Assembly (NCBI GenBank): GCA_048941015.1
Contig: JBHLNZ010000012.1
Span: forward strand, 1 to 64,000
Origin: Promethearchaeota archaeon
GTDB taxonomy: Archaea > Asgardarchaeota > Lokiarchaeia > Sigyniarchaeales > SOKP01
Length of the DNA: 64,000 nucleotides
Direction: 5' to 3'
Part shown: positions 20,215-31,100 of the stretch, piece after piece
How positions within the stretch are numbered: position 1 is the stretch's first letter
How the letters are laid out: every line of letters begins with the position of its first letter
Notes under the pieces: generated by a model
Database searches by the model: none
Told to the model about the DNA's origin: nothing
Seen by the model: only the letters and a program-made list of their open reading frames with translations
Position numbers and translations under genes: made by a program

Positions 20215-21627
20215 ATGGCTGAACAAAAAATAGGTATATTAAAATCTCTAGTCTTTAGTTTGTTTGATGAAGATGGTCCTACCCCAAAAATATATTGGCC
20301 AGATGATATGGATGAATCTGCTCGTTTATTAATAGCTATGAAAACGATTAGCCTTTTAATGGGGGATGCTATATATCAAAATGGGAAAAAAAATGAAGGA
20401 ATTAATTATTTTGGAATACTTCCCTTTCCCGACTTAAAATTAAATGGATTAACCTACTTCTTTTTGATATCAGACTCAAAAGCGCGTGGCCATGCGAAAG
20501 CTGCGACGATAACTGCTTTGATTGATGAAGATAAAAAGCTCTTTTTTTATGAAAATATGAAATATTTACGAGTAATCATAGACAGAGCAGCTTCAAAAGT
20601 ACAAGAAGCAGAAAACTTTAAAGATTATGAAATGATTATGGACGATTTAAGAGAAGAACTTTTCGATTTCACAAAAGATATCAAAGATCCATTTTCTATC
20701 AAACATCAGTTAAAAATATTATTCGTTGGTTTAGATCAAGCGGGAAAGACAAGCTTTTTGCATGGCGTAAAGAAAAAATATTCTGAAATAATAAAAACGT
20801 TACCAACTCGAGGGATTGCACGAACAGAAGAGAAATTATTTGAAGAACAAAATTCTCAGATCTCAATTTGGGATTTAGGAGGCCAAAAGCAATATCGAGA
20901 TAGATTTCTTGAACAGAGTAAGGTTTATCTTTACAATGTGGATTTATTATTCTTTTTTATAGATATTCAAGATTCAGAAAGAATAAAAGATGCATTGGAA
21001 TTATTTAATAAAATTTTAAACTCATTAAAAGAAATGGATGAGTTTCCTCCGATAGTATTATGTTTAAATAAATACGATCCTGATTTGAAGGATTCAAAAA
21101 TAGTCAATAAAAGTCTTAAATATGCTAAAAAAGAAATTGAAAAGAATGATGAAGGGTTTTTTATTAAAATCTTCCAAACTTCTGTTTTTGACCATTGGTC
21201 CTTGATTTCAGCCTATTCATATGGTCTTTCGGAATTAAGTCCTAATCGAGAACTTTTTGAAAATCAATTAAAACTTTTTGCTGAAGCTACAAACTCAGAT
21301 GCTATGCTTTTACTTAACGAAAATGGAATAATATTATCAAATTTTTCTACTTCGGAAATATCAGGCAAAATGTTTGAAATCTCAGCTCCTCATTTTCAAA
21401 CTTTGTATAAAACTTTTAAGGAGTTCAAGTTATTACAAAAAGATTTTATAGTTTCTTCAGGAATTAGTGATGAGTCAAAAAAAATAATTTTCAAGAAGAT
21501 TAGTGTTGATAAATACAATCTTTATTTACTTCTTTTTGTTGAAAAATTCTTAGGAATAGAACAAATTGAGAAATATATACCTAAATTTATCAAAAATCTT
21601 AAAGAATTAATCCAGACTTATATTTAA
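20215..21627 (+). CDS. Rag/Arf-like small GTPase with N-terminal longin/uDENN-like and C-terminal roadblock-like domains
   Basis: G1 GLDQAGKTS, PTRG, WDLGGQ, NKYD, TSVFDHWSLISAYS; N-terminal LVFSLFDEDGPTPKIYWP; paralog of 8052..9557. Confidence 0.85.
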   Translation: MAEQKIGILKSLVFSLFDEDGPTPKIYWPDDMDESARLLIAMKTISLLMGDAIYQNGKKNEGINYFGILPFPDLKLNGLTYFFLISDSKARGHAKAATITALIDEDKKLFFYENMKYLRVIIDRAASKVQEAENFKDYEMIMDDLREELFDFTKDIKDPFSIKHQLKILFVGLDQAGKTSFLHGVKKKYSEIIKTLPTRGIARTEEKLFEEQNSQISIWDLGGQKQYRDRFLEQSKVYLYNVDLLFFFIDIQDSERIKDALELFNKILNSLKEMDEFPPIVLCLNKYDPDLKDSKIVNKSLKYAKKEIEKNDEGFFIKIFQTSVFDHWSLISAYSYGLSELSPNRELFENQLKLFAEATNSDAMLLLNENGIILSNFSTSEISGKMFEISAPHFQTLYKTFKEFKLLQKDFIVSSGISDESKKIIFKKISVDKYNLYLLLFVEKFLGIEQIEKYIPKFIKNLKELIQTYI

Positions 21628-21643
21628 AAAAATATAAAAAAAA

Positions 21644-22918
21644 TTAATATGAATAATCCAATTTATTTCTTCTTCTTCTTTTTGTAACCATTATGAGCGA
21701 TATGAATGCGATAATTAAAATTGCTGCTACTATGATAATAATGATAAGCCCCAAAAGATCTATAGATAAATAATCGGTATCAAGAACTGTTGCTTTAAAC
21801 TGAAAATCATAATCATAATTACCTGCTCCTAGTGCATAAACACTTGGAAAAGCAAATTCACTAACATTTAAATTAGGAGGATAAAAAAACCAAGAACCTA
21901 CATTGAAGTTAAAGTGTAAAAAGTCTATTTTATTGAAATAATCACCAGTAACAGAATACGCTGTTGGATCACAGGCTATCCAACCAATATTAGGGACATA
22001 ATATTCAACCCACGCATGGCCTAATATAGTAGGTACTTTTCCATATCCCCAGGTATAAGTATATATATCTCCTACTTTTGGTTTAAATAAATATTCATCT
22101 GATAAAAGTAAACCAGTAACCTTACGTGCAGGAATATCTTGGATTCTTAATAATGTTATCATTAAACTTGAAAATTCAGAACAGTCTCCTGATTTATTCC
22201 CGTAGGCTGCTGAAGCTCCAATTTCATCTAAAAGACTATAATTATAAGTTAAATAATTACTTACCCAATCACAGATTTTCTGTGCTTTCTCAATAGGGTT
22301 ATCTGTTGGATTCACAATACTATTAGATGCAGCAATAAGATTAGGATCAGTGCGATTATAGAAAGGATCTGAGTTGTTACAATATAATTCAAAAATTTTA
22401 TCAGAATAATCATAAATTCCTATATCTGTATCTTGAATATTGCTAAATTCTATTTCATTTAACTTTACTGAGTATTTCTGGCTCAGCTTTACACTTTGGA
22501 GGGGTGCTAAAGTCGCATTATAAGAATCATAAGTATTATTAAACTTATCATTATAACCTAAAATAAGTTCACTAGGATTATATCCCGTTATATTATCATA
22601 TAAGATAGAACTTTCCTGGTAAGGAGGGCAGTATGCTGTTAAATTGGAACTTGGTCCACGATAATTTAATCGTGGTACTTTGAAATACCATATTGCTCCA
22701 CCTGTGAGTTGTGTTGCTGAAAAGTTAATTTCAACTTGATAAGTCACACTTTTTTTAATTTCATAGTGTGAAACGCCAGAATCATTATTTAATGCTAAAG
22801 AAAAGGAATTATTGGTATCAAAATAAGTTATAAAGCTAAAAAAAAAACATGTGACCAATGGAAAGATAAATAAGCTGAGTAAGAAAGTTACTATTATTTT
22901 CTTCATTGATTTATACAA
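21644..22918 (-). CDS. Membrane-anchored transglutaminase-like (cysteine protease fold) protein
   Basis: Triad GDCSEF / HAWVE / DPT; N-terminal signal, C-terminal TM followed by KRRRR. Confidence 0.88.
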   Translation of the reverse strand: MYKSMKKIIVTFLLSLFIFPLVTCFFFSFITYFDTNNSFSLALNNDSGVSHYEIKKSVTYQVEINFSATQLTGGAIWYFKVPRLNYRGPSSNLTAYCPPYQESSILYDNITGYNPSELILGYNDKFNNTYDSYNATLAPLQSVKLSQKYSVKLNEIEFSNIQDTDIGIYDYSDKIFELYCNNSDPFYNRTDPNLIAASNSIVNPTDNPIEKAQKICDWVSNYLTYNYSLLDEIGASAAYGNKSGDCSEFSSLMITLLRIQDIPARKVTGLLLSDEYLFKPKVGDIYTYTWGYGKVPTILGHAWVEYYVPNIGWIACDPTAYSVTGDYFNKIDFLHFNFNVGSWFFYPPNLNVSEFAFPSVYALGAGNYDYDFQFKATVLDTDYLSIDLLGLIIIIIVAAILIIAFISLIMVTKRRRRNKLDYSY

Positions 22919-23054
22919 AACCTTAAAATTTGTTATAATAACAATAAAGTTTTCTATTTTTATTTTTAATGATTGTTAAAATTAAATGTGAACATTCTTA
23001 AGAAAGAATTTTTATTATTTTGGTAATAAAAATCATACTCCTTTAAGATAAGTT

Positions 23055-23696
23055 TTGATATATAGGATTTATTTAATTGATGGGGATAACGGTATTTCCA
23101 TCTTAGAATCAACATTTAAAGATTTTAAAAAAGATAAGATTTCTGATGATTTAATACCAGGGTTTTTCCAAGAAATAAATAGGATAATCGATAATATCCA
23201 AGAAATGATGGCTAAAGGTGAAAAAGGGACTGAAATGGTTCGTTTGTTAGAATCAGAAAAATCTACGATCGTTATTTTTTATCATCCTTTATCACGAATC
23301 TTATTTTGTTCAATTTCAGATGCGGATGATAATACAGATAAACTTATCGAAGTGATAAAAAAAATAGCAATAAGATTTTGGAAAAAGCATCAATCAGATA
23401 TAAAATTATTCAGAACTACTACTGAAAAAAGTAGGTTCCAAACAATAATTGCTGATATTGAAAATCTTACTAATGGTGGTAAAATAGCTGAGATTTTTCC
23501 GAAAATATTATTAATAAAAAATGTTTTAGAGAAAATTTTATCAATGGGAATGATTTCTAAGTTTGAATTTGAAGTTGCTCAAAAATGTACAGGAGAAAAT
23601 TCTCCGTTAATGATTTCTAGGTTTTTTAATAAAACATTAACTGAAATCAATGAAGTCTTAAAAAAATTAGAACAACTGGATATTATTCGAATATAA
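23055..23696 (+). CDS. Longin-like domain protein with probable C-terminal winged helix
   Basis: IYLIDGDNGISI...LIPGFFQEI longin-like pattern; C-terminal EINEVLKKLEQLDII; TTG start. Confidence 0.6.
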   Translation: MIYRIYLIDGDNGISILESTFKDFKKDKISDDLIPGFFQEINRIIDNIQEMMAKGEKGTEMVRLLESEKSTIVIFYHPLSRILFCSISDADDNTDKLIEVIKKIAIRFWKKHQSDIKLFRTTTEKSRFQTIIADIENLTNGGKIAEIFPKILLIKNVLEKILSMGMISKFEFEVAQKCTGENSPLMISRFFNKTLTEINEVLKKLEQLDIIRI

Positions 23697-23824
23697 ACCT
23701 ATTAAATTTCTTTTTTTTAAAATCTATCGCAATTTATTCTTTCTGATCATCAATTTAAATAGAAAAAAATAAAAACTTTCAAAAGTTATCTACATTACAT
23801 TAAGATATTTTTAAAAGTGCGTGG

Positions 23825-24433
23825 ATGATGGAGAAGAATAATCAAATTATTGCTATTGTAAGATCGCCTTCAAAGGATCATCATCAGCTGAAGGGAAGTG
23901 GTTTTTCTTTATCAGAAATAAAAAAAGCGGGGAAATCAATCGAAGAGATTAAAAAGTTAAAGATAAAAATAGATTATTTTAGAAAATCTATTCATAATGA
24001 TAACGTAGAAAAATTGAAAAATTTGAAAAAATTACCTGGGAAAGAAAAACCTAAAAAACCTTTCGTTCAAAAAGAGAAAAAAAGGACAGAATTTAAACCA
24101 AAATCTACAAAAGTTAAAAAAACTACTCCTAAGAAAGCTAAACCAACCCCTAAAAAGATTATCAAAAAAGCAAAAATTATTCCTAAAGAAAAACCGTTAG
24201 AACAACAATTAGAAGTAATTAAAAAGCCAAAAGAGAAAGTTAAGGGGATTCCTCTAACAGAATTAACGGGATTAGGACCTACAACATCTGATAAGTTTAT
24301 TGAATTAGGAGTTAATTCCATTGAAGATCTATTACAGGAGGACGCCACAGAATTAGCAACATTAATAAAAGGTGTTTCTGAAGAGAGAATTATTAAATGG
24401 ATCGAAGAAGCAAAAGAAATCCTAAATAAATAA
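23825..24433 (+). CDS. rpl13e: Ribosomal protein L13e-like domain fused via Lys-rich linker to helix-hairpin-helix domain
   Basis: GSGFSLSEIKKAG...KIDYFRKSIHNDNVEKLK (L13e pattern); C-terminal LTELTGLGPTTSDKF...IKGVSEERI HhH. Confidence 0.7.
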   Translation: MMEKNNQIIAIVRSPSKDHHQLKGSGFSLSEIKKAGKSIEEIKKLKIKIDYFRKSIHNDNVEKLKNLKKLPGKEKPKKPFVQKEKKRTEFKPKSTKVKKTTPKKAKPTPKKIIKKAKIIPKEKPLEQQLEVIKKPKEKVKGIPLTELTGLGPTTSDKFIELGVNSIEDLLQEDATELATLIKGVSEERIIKWIEEAKEILNK

Positions 24434-24535
24434 TTCATTTTGTTTTATAAAAATAAAAATTTTAATTTTATAATTTTATTAAAAGAGTAAGTCTTATACT
24501 TTTTTTGAAAGAATTTTTCAGATACCGGTGTTTAT

Positions 24536-25033
24536 ATGGAATACAATTATTATGTTTACAATAAACCAGAATGTAATATTGCTATTAATAAAATGCCAAT
24601 CTGGTTTAAAGAAGTTGAATATAATGGAGATAACAATGAAGGTGAGATAAAGCTTTATTCGCAAAATGATTATGATGAAATTTGGGGCGCAAATGCTAAG
24701 ATTGAAATCTTTTGGGAAAAGAAGGAAAGAAATAACTTCTATTATGCAAAAGAAGTTGAAAATTCGATTCAAACTTATAATGCCATCGGTTTGGTTGTTA
24801 CTTCAAAAGAAAATTCTTGGTTATTATCACATGAATTTACTTATTGGTATGGAAGAAGGACTAAAATGATTAGAAAACGCTTCTATCCAGAAAAAAGTAT
24901 CCATGGTATTTTTTACTGTGATATAACAGAAAGATTAATAAATATTCATACCGCAATAATAGACAAATTTTATGAAAATTTTAAGCCATTTATCATTAAT
25001 GCTTATAAAAATATTGTTTGTCATCCTATTTAA
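24536..25033 (+). CDS. Hypothetical protein
   Basis: 165-aa ORF with normal composition filling the gap between genes. Confidence 0.7.
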   Translation: MEYNYYVYNKPECNIAINKMPIWFKEVEYNGDNNEGEIKLYSQNDYDEIWGANAKIEIFWEKKERNNFYYAKEVENSIQTYNAIGLVVTSKENSWLLSHEFTYWYGRRTKMIRKRFYPEKSIHGIFYCDITERLINIHTAIIDKFYENFKPFIINAYKNIVCHPI

Positions 25034-25056
25034 CAAGAATGTTATAAATAGTAATA

Positions 25057-25872
25057 TTACTCTTTCTTCGCTATAATAAAATAGTTATCCTTTTTATTTG
25101 GCCCTCCTAGTTTTTTGATTTCTTCCACTCGATAATCCTTAAATAACTTTTTTACTTCCTTTTTAGAAAAAAAGTGATAAAATCGAAGATACGTTTCTTG
25201 ATCTTTTGATATTTTCCAGGGTACATATTTATCACCAAATTCATTTAGTCCTAATTCTATTTGTTTTTTACGATAAGTACTATTAATAATTCGTTTAATC
25301 CAATCAACAATAAAATAGACTTTATAATTCTTCTGATACTTTCTCCATACTGAAATCAGTATATACCCATCAAATTTTAATATTTTAGAAATTTGATTAA
25401 GTAAATTTTCTCTTTTCTCTTTACTTTTAATATGATGGACTGTAGCGATTGAAAAAACATTATTAATCGTTTTAGGTCTAATCGGTAGAAACAGGATATC
25501 ACTTAATAATAATTGTATGGAATTTTTTTCATATTTTGAAAATTCATTTGAATTTTTTAACTTTTGATGAGCAATCTTTAAAAATTGAATCGAATTATCT
25601 ACACCAATTAATTTTGTATTATTAGAATGCAGTAATTTAAAATTTCTGCCATTTGCGCATCCAAGATCTATATTATATCCCATAAATTGAAACTTTTTAT
25701 CATTTACAAGCTTTAAAAAATTCTCCAATGATGTCCATGGCTTTTTTCGCTTTTGATGAAAATCTTCCGCAAGACTATTATAATAAATATCATTCATTTT
25801 TCTAACTATTTCAAAGTCTATTCTTAAATAAAATTTAAATTTCAAAAAAAACCTTGGATTGATAAAATACAA
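25057..25872 (-). CDS. Class I SAM-dependent methyltransferase, Trm9/ALKBH8-like; true start probably 25797
   Basis: YNSLAEDFHQKRKKPW, DLGCANGRN, SIATVHHI, ISVW, RFYHFF. Confidence 0.8.
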   Translation of the reverse strand: MYFINPRFFLKFKFYLRIDFEIVRKMNDIYYNSLAEDFHQKRKKPWTSLENFLKLVNDKKFQFMGYNIDLGCANGRNFKLLHSNNTKLIGVDNSIQFLKIAHQKLKNSNEFSKYEKNSIQLLLSDILFLPIRPKTINNVFSIATVHHIKSKEKRENLLNQISKILKFDGYILISVWRKYQKNYKVYFIVDWIKRIINSTYRKKQIELGLNEFGDKYVPWKISKDQETYLRFYHFFSKKEVKKLFKDYRVEEIKKLGGPNKKDNYFIIAKKE

Positions 25873-25921
25873 AAAAATAAAAGTTCTCTAAATTAATAGA
25901 TAAAATAATAATCTTTAAAGG

Positions 25922-27508
25922 TTGGTGTTAAGAGGAATGGCAGACATATTCGAAATTTTAGATAATTTCTGTCAATCTTTTAAAAATGAAATTCTTAAAT
26001 TTTTTAGAAATTCATATTCTTATTTTAAAGATTTATACTCGTATAGAAATATTAATTTAAAAATTAAATTTAAGTCTGAGAATGATCCTACCATTAGAGA
26101 TACTATAAAATTATTAATATCCTCAACTAATTCTGGTTTAAATACAATTGGTATTTTGAATGAAGATTTAACACCAGAAAATGAATTATTTACTAAAATC
26201 TTTAAAAGTAAAGAAGAACAATTTAGTGATTTCCAAGATTTCTTCGATAAGGGATTAAAACCATATATTGATAAATATCTATTTCAAATTATTATGGAAT
26301 ACATAACTGGAATTGATTCCTCAAAATTAACTAATTTAGATCTTTTTGATTTATTACCTCGTAAATTTATGAGTAAATTAGAGGATTTTAAAAATAAACA
26401 TGAAAATTCATTCATAAATAAGGAAAAATTAAATTTGCTCATTAAAAAGGTTGATTACTATTTCAATATTTCAGATCTGAATATAAATAAGGAAAAAGCT
26501 CATGAATTAGATGCAGTAGATAGTAAAGAAGCAGAAGATAATATTATAAAACAATTGCAAGAGGCTCGACAAAAAAATATAGATGTTCTTAAAGCTAAGA
26601 CAATTCAAGTATCAAAATCAATGTATGGTTCCTTTTTAGATTATTTTGGTAATGCTCCAAAATTATCTCAAGGAATGATTGAAATGATAAAGATTAATAG
26701 ATTTAATTTATTAAATTCTGGATTAAATCATTTAGATTATTTTGATTTAGAAAATTTATTTTATTATTTAAGTAACTTAAAAATGCTTAGCTTGGATTCT
26801 CCACTAAAGCTGAAAGAATTTGAAGCTATTCTACAAAATTTTATCAGTGGGAAAATATTCAGTTCTGGGAAATACCACAAACCTAATCCTGTAAGCAATT
26901 TCTATGGATTATGTATATTAATTGAATTAGGAATAATAAATGATACAGAATTAGTTGATCTCTTAGATATTGAAATGTATTTAGAAAAAGAATTAAAGAA
27001 TTATATCCCCGAGAATATTTATCTGAACTTTTTTTCGATAATATCATTATATCTTTTAGAAAAGAATGGAAGGATTATTAAAGACAAAAAAAGTTTGATA
27101 AATCCACTTTTAAACTTAGATTTGATTAATTCAGAGGATTATCGCGTACCATTAGATCTTTTTTGCTATTTGTGTTTACTAAATCTAATTGATAGAGATA
27201 TAAATTTTAAGGATTTAAAAAAAAAAATTATAACTGAACTAGGAAAAAGTATGACAAAAAATGGTTCTATTAATGAAAACATTACAGATTCTGCGAAATC
27301 ATTATTAATAATTCATTTATTGAAATCAGAAGAACAAGAACCAAGATTCGTTGACAATCTCTTGAGATATATTACGAATACAATAAATTTCTTTAGTGAT
27401 AATGAGCTTGATAAAGAATTCAATTGGGATAATGATAAACTTGCATTTAAGGTAGAATTAAGAATGCTTTATTGGACTTTAATCGCTTTAGCCCAATGTT
27501 TTTCCTAA
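25922..27508 (+). CDS. Hypothetical helical protein; C-terminal half may be prenyltransferase-like alpha/alpha repeats
   Basis: 528-aa ORF; repeated helical segments (NLFYYLSNLKML, SNFYGLCILIELG, NGSINENITDSAKSLLII). Confidence 0.55.
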   Translation: MVLRGMADIFEILDNFCQSFKNEILKFFRNSYSYFKDLYSYRNINLKIKFKSENDPTIRDTIKLLISSTNSGLNTIGILNEDLTPENELFTKIFKSKEEQFSDFQDFFDKGLKPYIDKYLFQIIMEYITGIDSSKLTNLDLFDLLPRKFMSKLEDFKNKHENSFINKEKLNLLIKKVDYYFNISDLNINKEKAHELDAVDSKEAEDNIIKQLQEARQKNIDVLKAKTIQVSKSMYGSFLDYFGNAPKLSQGMIEMIKINRFNLLNSGLNHLDYFDLENLFYYLSNLKMLSLDSPLKLKEFEAILQNFISGKIFSSGKYHKPNPVSNFYGLCILIELGIINDTELVDLLDIEMYLEKELKNYIPENIYLNFFSIISLYLLEKNGRIIKDKKSLINPLLNLDLINSEDYRVPLDLFCYLCLLNLIDRDINFKDLKKKIITELGKSMTKNGSINENITDSAKSLLIIHLLKSEEQEPRFVDNLLRYITNTINFFSDNELDKEFNWDNDKLAFKVELRMLYWTLIALAQCFS

Positions 27509-27522
27509 ATTGCCGTAAGGAG

Positions 27523-28128
27523 TTAATTTTTAGAAGAAAGATTTAAAATCATAAGAATTAAGTTTTTTACAGTAGGATCTATCCTTCCATCTTTAACTAG
27601 TTTATTCCAATTACTTATGAAAATCTCATTTTCTTTTAAATTTGCTAACACATTATCACCTAAATTTTTCCAGTAATCTAAATCAATTTCTGGTGCTTCA
27701 TGGCTAATTCCTTGACAAAAAGCTTTAGCTTTCTCAGTATAAAAAATTTCAATTCCCTCATTTTCAGTCATTCGAAAAGTAAAAGGAAAAGTTCTACAAA
27801 AAGCAGGTCTTAAAGGGTATATACTGCATCTTTTTTTCTCTTTCTTATAAAAAAAACACGTTCCATCTTGATTTTTAAGGAGACCTACAAAAGCTAAACC
27901 TTTTTTAGTTTCAATTGGTGATATAACTAATTTTTTAAGGTCTTTTTTAGTAAAACCTTTTTCAAAAATATAAAAACCTATACATTGAATTATCTCTGCT
28001 AAGGTTAATTTTAAACCATCTTTTAGTCGAATTATGTCGTGATAAGTAAGATTTATGAATGTAGTTTGATCAGTACAGCAATTTCCACAATGAATACATT
28101 GAAATTTAAGAGATTTTGAATTTATCAT
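27523..28128 (-). CDS. YkgJ-family cysteine-cluster (Fe-S/Zn) protein
   Basis: FQCIHCGNCC, CFFY...RCSIYPLRPAFCRTFPF, CQG. Confidence 0.88.
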   Translation of the reverse strand: MINSKSLKFQCIHCGNCCTDQTTFINLTYHDIIRLKDGLKLTLAEIIQCIGFYIFEKGFTKKDLKKLVISPIETKKGLAFVGLLKNQDGTCFFYKKEKKRCSIYPLRPAFCRTFPFTFRMTENEGIEIFYTEKAKAFCQGISHEAPEIDLDYWKNLGDNVLANLKENEIFISNWNKLVKDGRIDPTVKNLILMILNLSSKN

Positions 28129-28166
28129 TTGATATTAAAAAAAAAAGATAGAATAAAAATAAAAAT

Positions 28167-31100
28167 TTATTTTTTGGCAGAAATTATTAACTTCCTTTCA
28201 ATTAAATTTTCTAAAGCATCAATAACTTTGTCTTTATTTTGCTCATGGATAGCCTCTAAGAGATAATCTAAATAAAACGAATTTTTTGTTTTAACCATTG
28301 AATAAATCACATTTAAGACTCTTGTTTCCATTGATGTCAATTCCATTTCTTTTCTCATTTGGGCTATATACTCAGGAGAATTTAATTCAAAAGGTTCTTT
28401 ATAGAAAAGCTCTATGTAATTCTCAAGTATGGGGGGAATTAAAGTCTCAAACATATCTAAAGACCCATCCCAATTCTCGATTTGTCTGGATAATTGTAAA
28501 GTTAATCCCATTGAAAAGTTAGCGATTATTTCCTTTAATCTATCTGATGCCTTTTCTTTTAATACAAGTACTATTCGAATGTCTCCTTGATCACAAATTA
28601 AACAATCAAAATACTTGAAGTCTAATTCTAAAATTTTTTCAACTACTGTAATTTCATCAGAATCTTCGGTTATTTGACCTTTCCCTGCAATTTCTTCACC
28701 TATCGTAGTAATTGCTTGAATAAATCCTGAAAAGAGTTCTTTCTTTTGTTTTTCTAATATTGAATAACTTTTTGAGTATAAAGGAATTCCACTTAGTTTA
28801 TGAATTACGACGATAGCCTGTATATTCTTAAGATCCTTAAATCTTTGCGTTCTTGATAACAGTTTTGCTTCTTTTTTCTTTCTCCTCGGAATTATTACAT
28901 AGGATCTTATACTTAAACTCCCTAAAACACTTATTAATATTGCGAGTCCTATTAAAACGATCCATAGTATAAAATTTGGTAATTGTTTTGCTGAAATAAC
29001 TGCAATAAAAGAAGTTTGTTTCGCTTTATACAAAACATTGTCGGACGAAATAATCAACGAGACTTTATAGCTACCTTGGACATTATCGGGTATATAAAGA
29101 TCAACTTCATAAATTCCATTACCAAGATATTCAAAATTACCTAGTCCAAATTTCCATGAATAACTTATAGTAGCGTTTTCAATAATATTAGCAGAAACTG
29201 ATTCCGTTAAATTAATTCGAATAGTCAAAATATCTCCAGAATAACTTTCTATTGTATCTTGAAAATCAATTGTCAAGGCATTCATATCAATTTGATTTAC
29301 CAATATCAGAAAATGAAAAGTTGATGATGTGTAATTTGGATGATTAAACTGCACATATACAATGTTAACACCTAAATCAAAATAAGATGGGTCGCAAAAG
29401 ATAGATGTGTTATACCAAAAGTTAGCGTTTTCGTTGAAATCTTGACTATGACTTCCTATTACGAAAGTAGCACTTCCACCCTCAAGAAAGATTTTTTCAG
29501 AATTAGCTAAAGCTTTTAAGGAAAGGGAAAACTCGTCATAATAAGTTACTTGAGTTAAATTATTTGGTAAGATTTGGTTTGAGTTAACATATAAAGACAA
29601 ATTTACAGTTTCAGCGACAATAAAGAATTGGAACGAAAAATACGCTTCAGTATAATTTTCTTGCTTGAATCTAATAGACATAGTATTGATACCTAAATCA
29701 AAATAAGCTCCATCTATTACAATCGAAGTCGTAAACCAAGAAGGATTTGAAATTTCTTCATAAAGATTAAAAGTAAAGTATTCACCTATTAATGTTATAT
29801 TTCCTCCCGAAAGATAGATTCCTTCTCCCATTGCATATGCTTGAGCTGCAATAGTTATATTTTCCTTAAACATAACTTCAATTAATGCATTTTCTAGGAT
29901 TGGGGCACTATTAATTGAAGCGTTTACTTGTACTGATTGTTCCTTTACCAACAATTGAAATGAAAAGTAAGTTGTAGTATAGTTCTGCTTTTCGAACTTA
30001 ATTGAAACAGTATTAACGCCTGAACTAAAGTTTGAGGAACTTAGAATAAATGATAAATTGTACCAATTATCTCCATATTCGATGAAATTATTTAAATAAT
30101 TTTCACTAATCCAATAAATATCAGCATTATCAATAAAATCCAACTCCATATCTCCATATGCTTTCACAGAAATAGTTAAATTTTGTTTAAACATGACTTC
30201 TTTTAATTGGTTTTCCGAGATCTGTTCGGAATTTAAATACACTGAAAGATTTACTGGTTGCTCATATACTAACAATTGAAAGTAAAATGACTCAGTTTGA
30301 TATTTTTCCATTTCAAAACGCAGCGTTACTAAATTCAAACTTGGTGAATATATTGATGGATTTATTTCAATTGATGCATTATACCAATAATCGGCATATT
30401 CATTTAAAGTTTGTTGATAAGAATTGCTTATCCATGTAAAATTTCCCCCTGTTAAAAAATTATTATCGATTATTGCTCTTGATTTAACTGATACATTAAG
30501 CTTCTCCATATATGTAACTTCAACAATCGAGTTTTGAGTAATTTCTACATTATCAATATAAGTTGATATAATAACACTCTGCTCTATAATCTCAAATTGA
30601 TAAATGTGTGTTTGCGGTTCGAATGCTGGAGCACTAAAATTGAAATCGAGCTGAAATATACCTAACTCATTAATGAAAGAAGTGTTAAATTCAATATCGT
30701 AATATCCCCCTAAAGAATTTGTAATATGATATAGATCAGGATTTGTAATATTAACTGCTATATTTGCTCCATCGATTCCTTCTCCATCAAATAGAGAGTA
30801 GTATCTAAATTTTATTGTACTATTTGCGTGTAATTCTATGTCATAATCGGATTGGATTCGTTGTAAACTAGTTTCCTCTCCTATATTAATTTTAAGCGTT
30901 AAATTGTAATCTAAAAATCCAACCTTACTAGATTCAATTAAAATCTCATAAAATCCATTTGATCCTAAGTCTGAAGTATCTAAGATTGCCTCGTATATTC
31001 CTAAAGCGGCTTCTTCAAATAATAGGGTTCCAGAAGTCCAATTATAGGAGATTATTGCGTTTGAAATAGAATTATTATTCTCAGAGTCTATTAATTTGAT

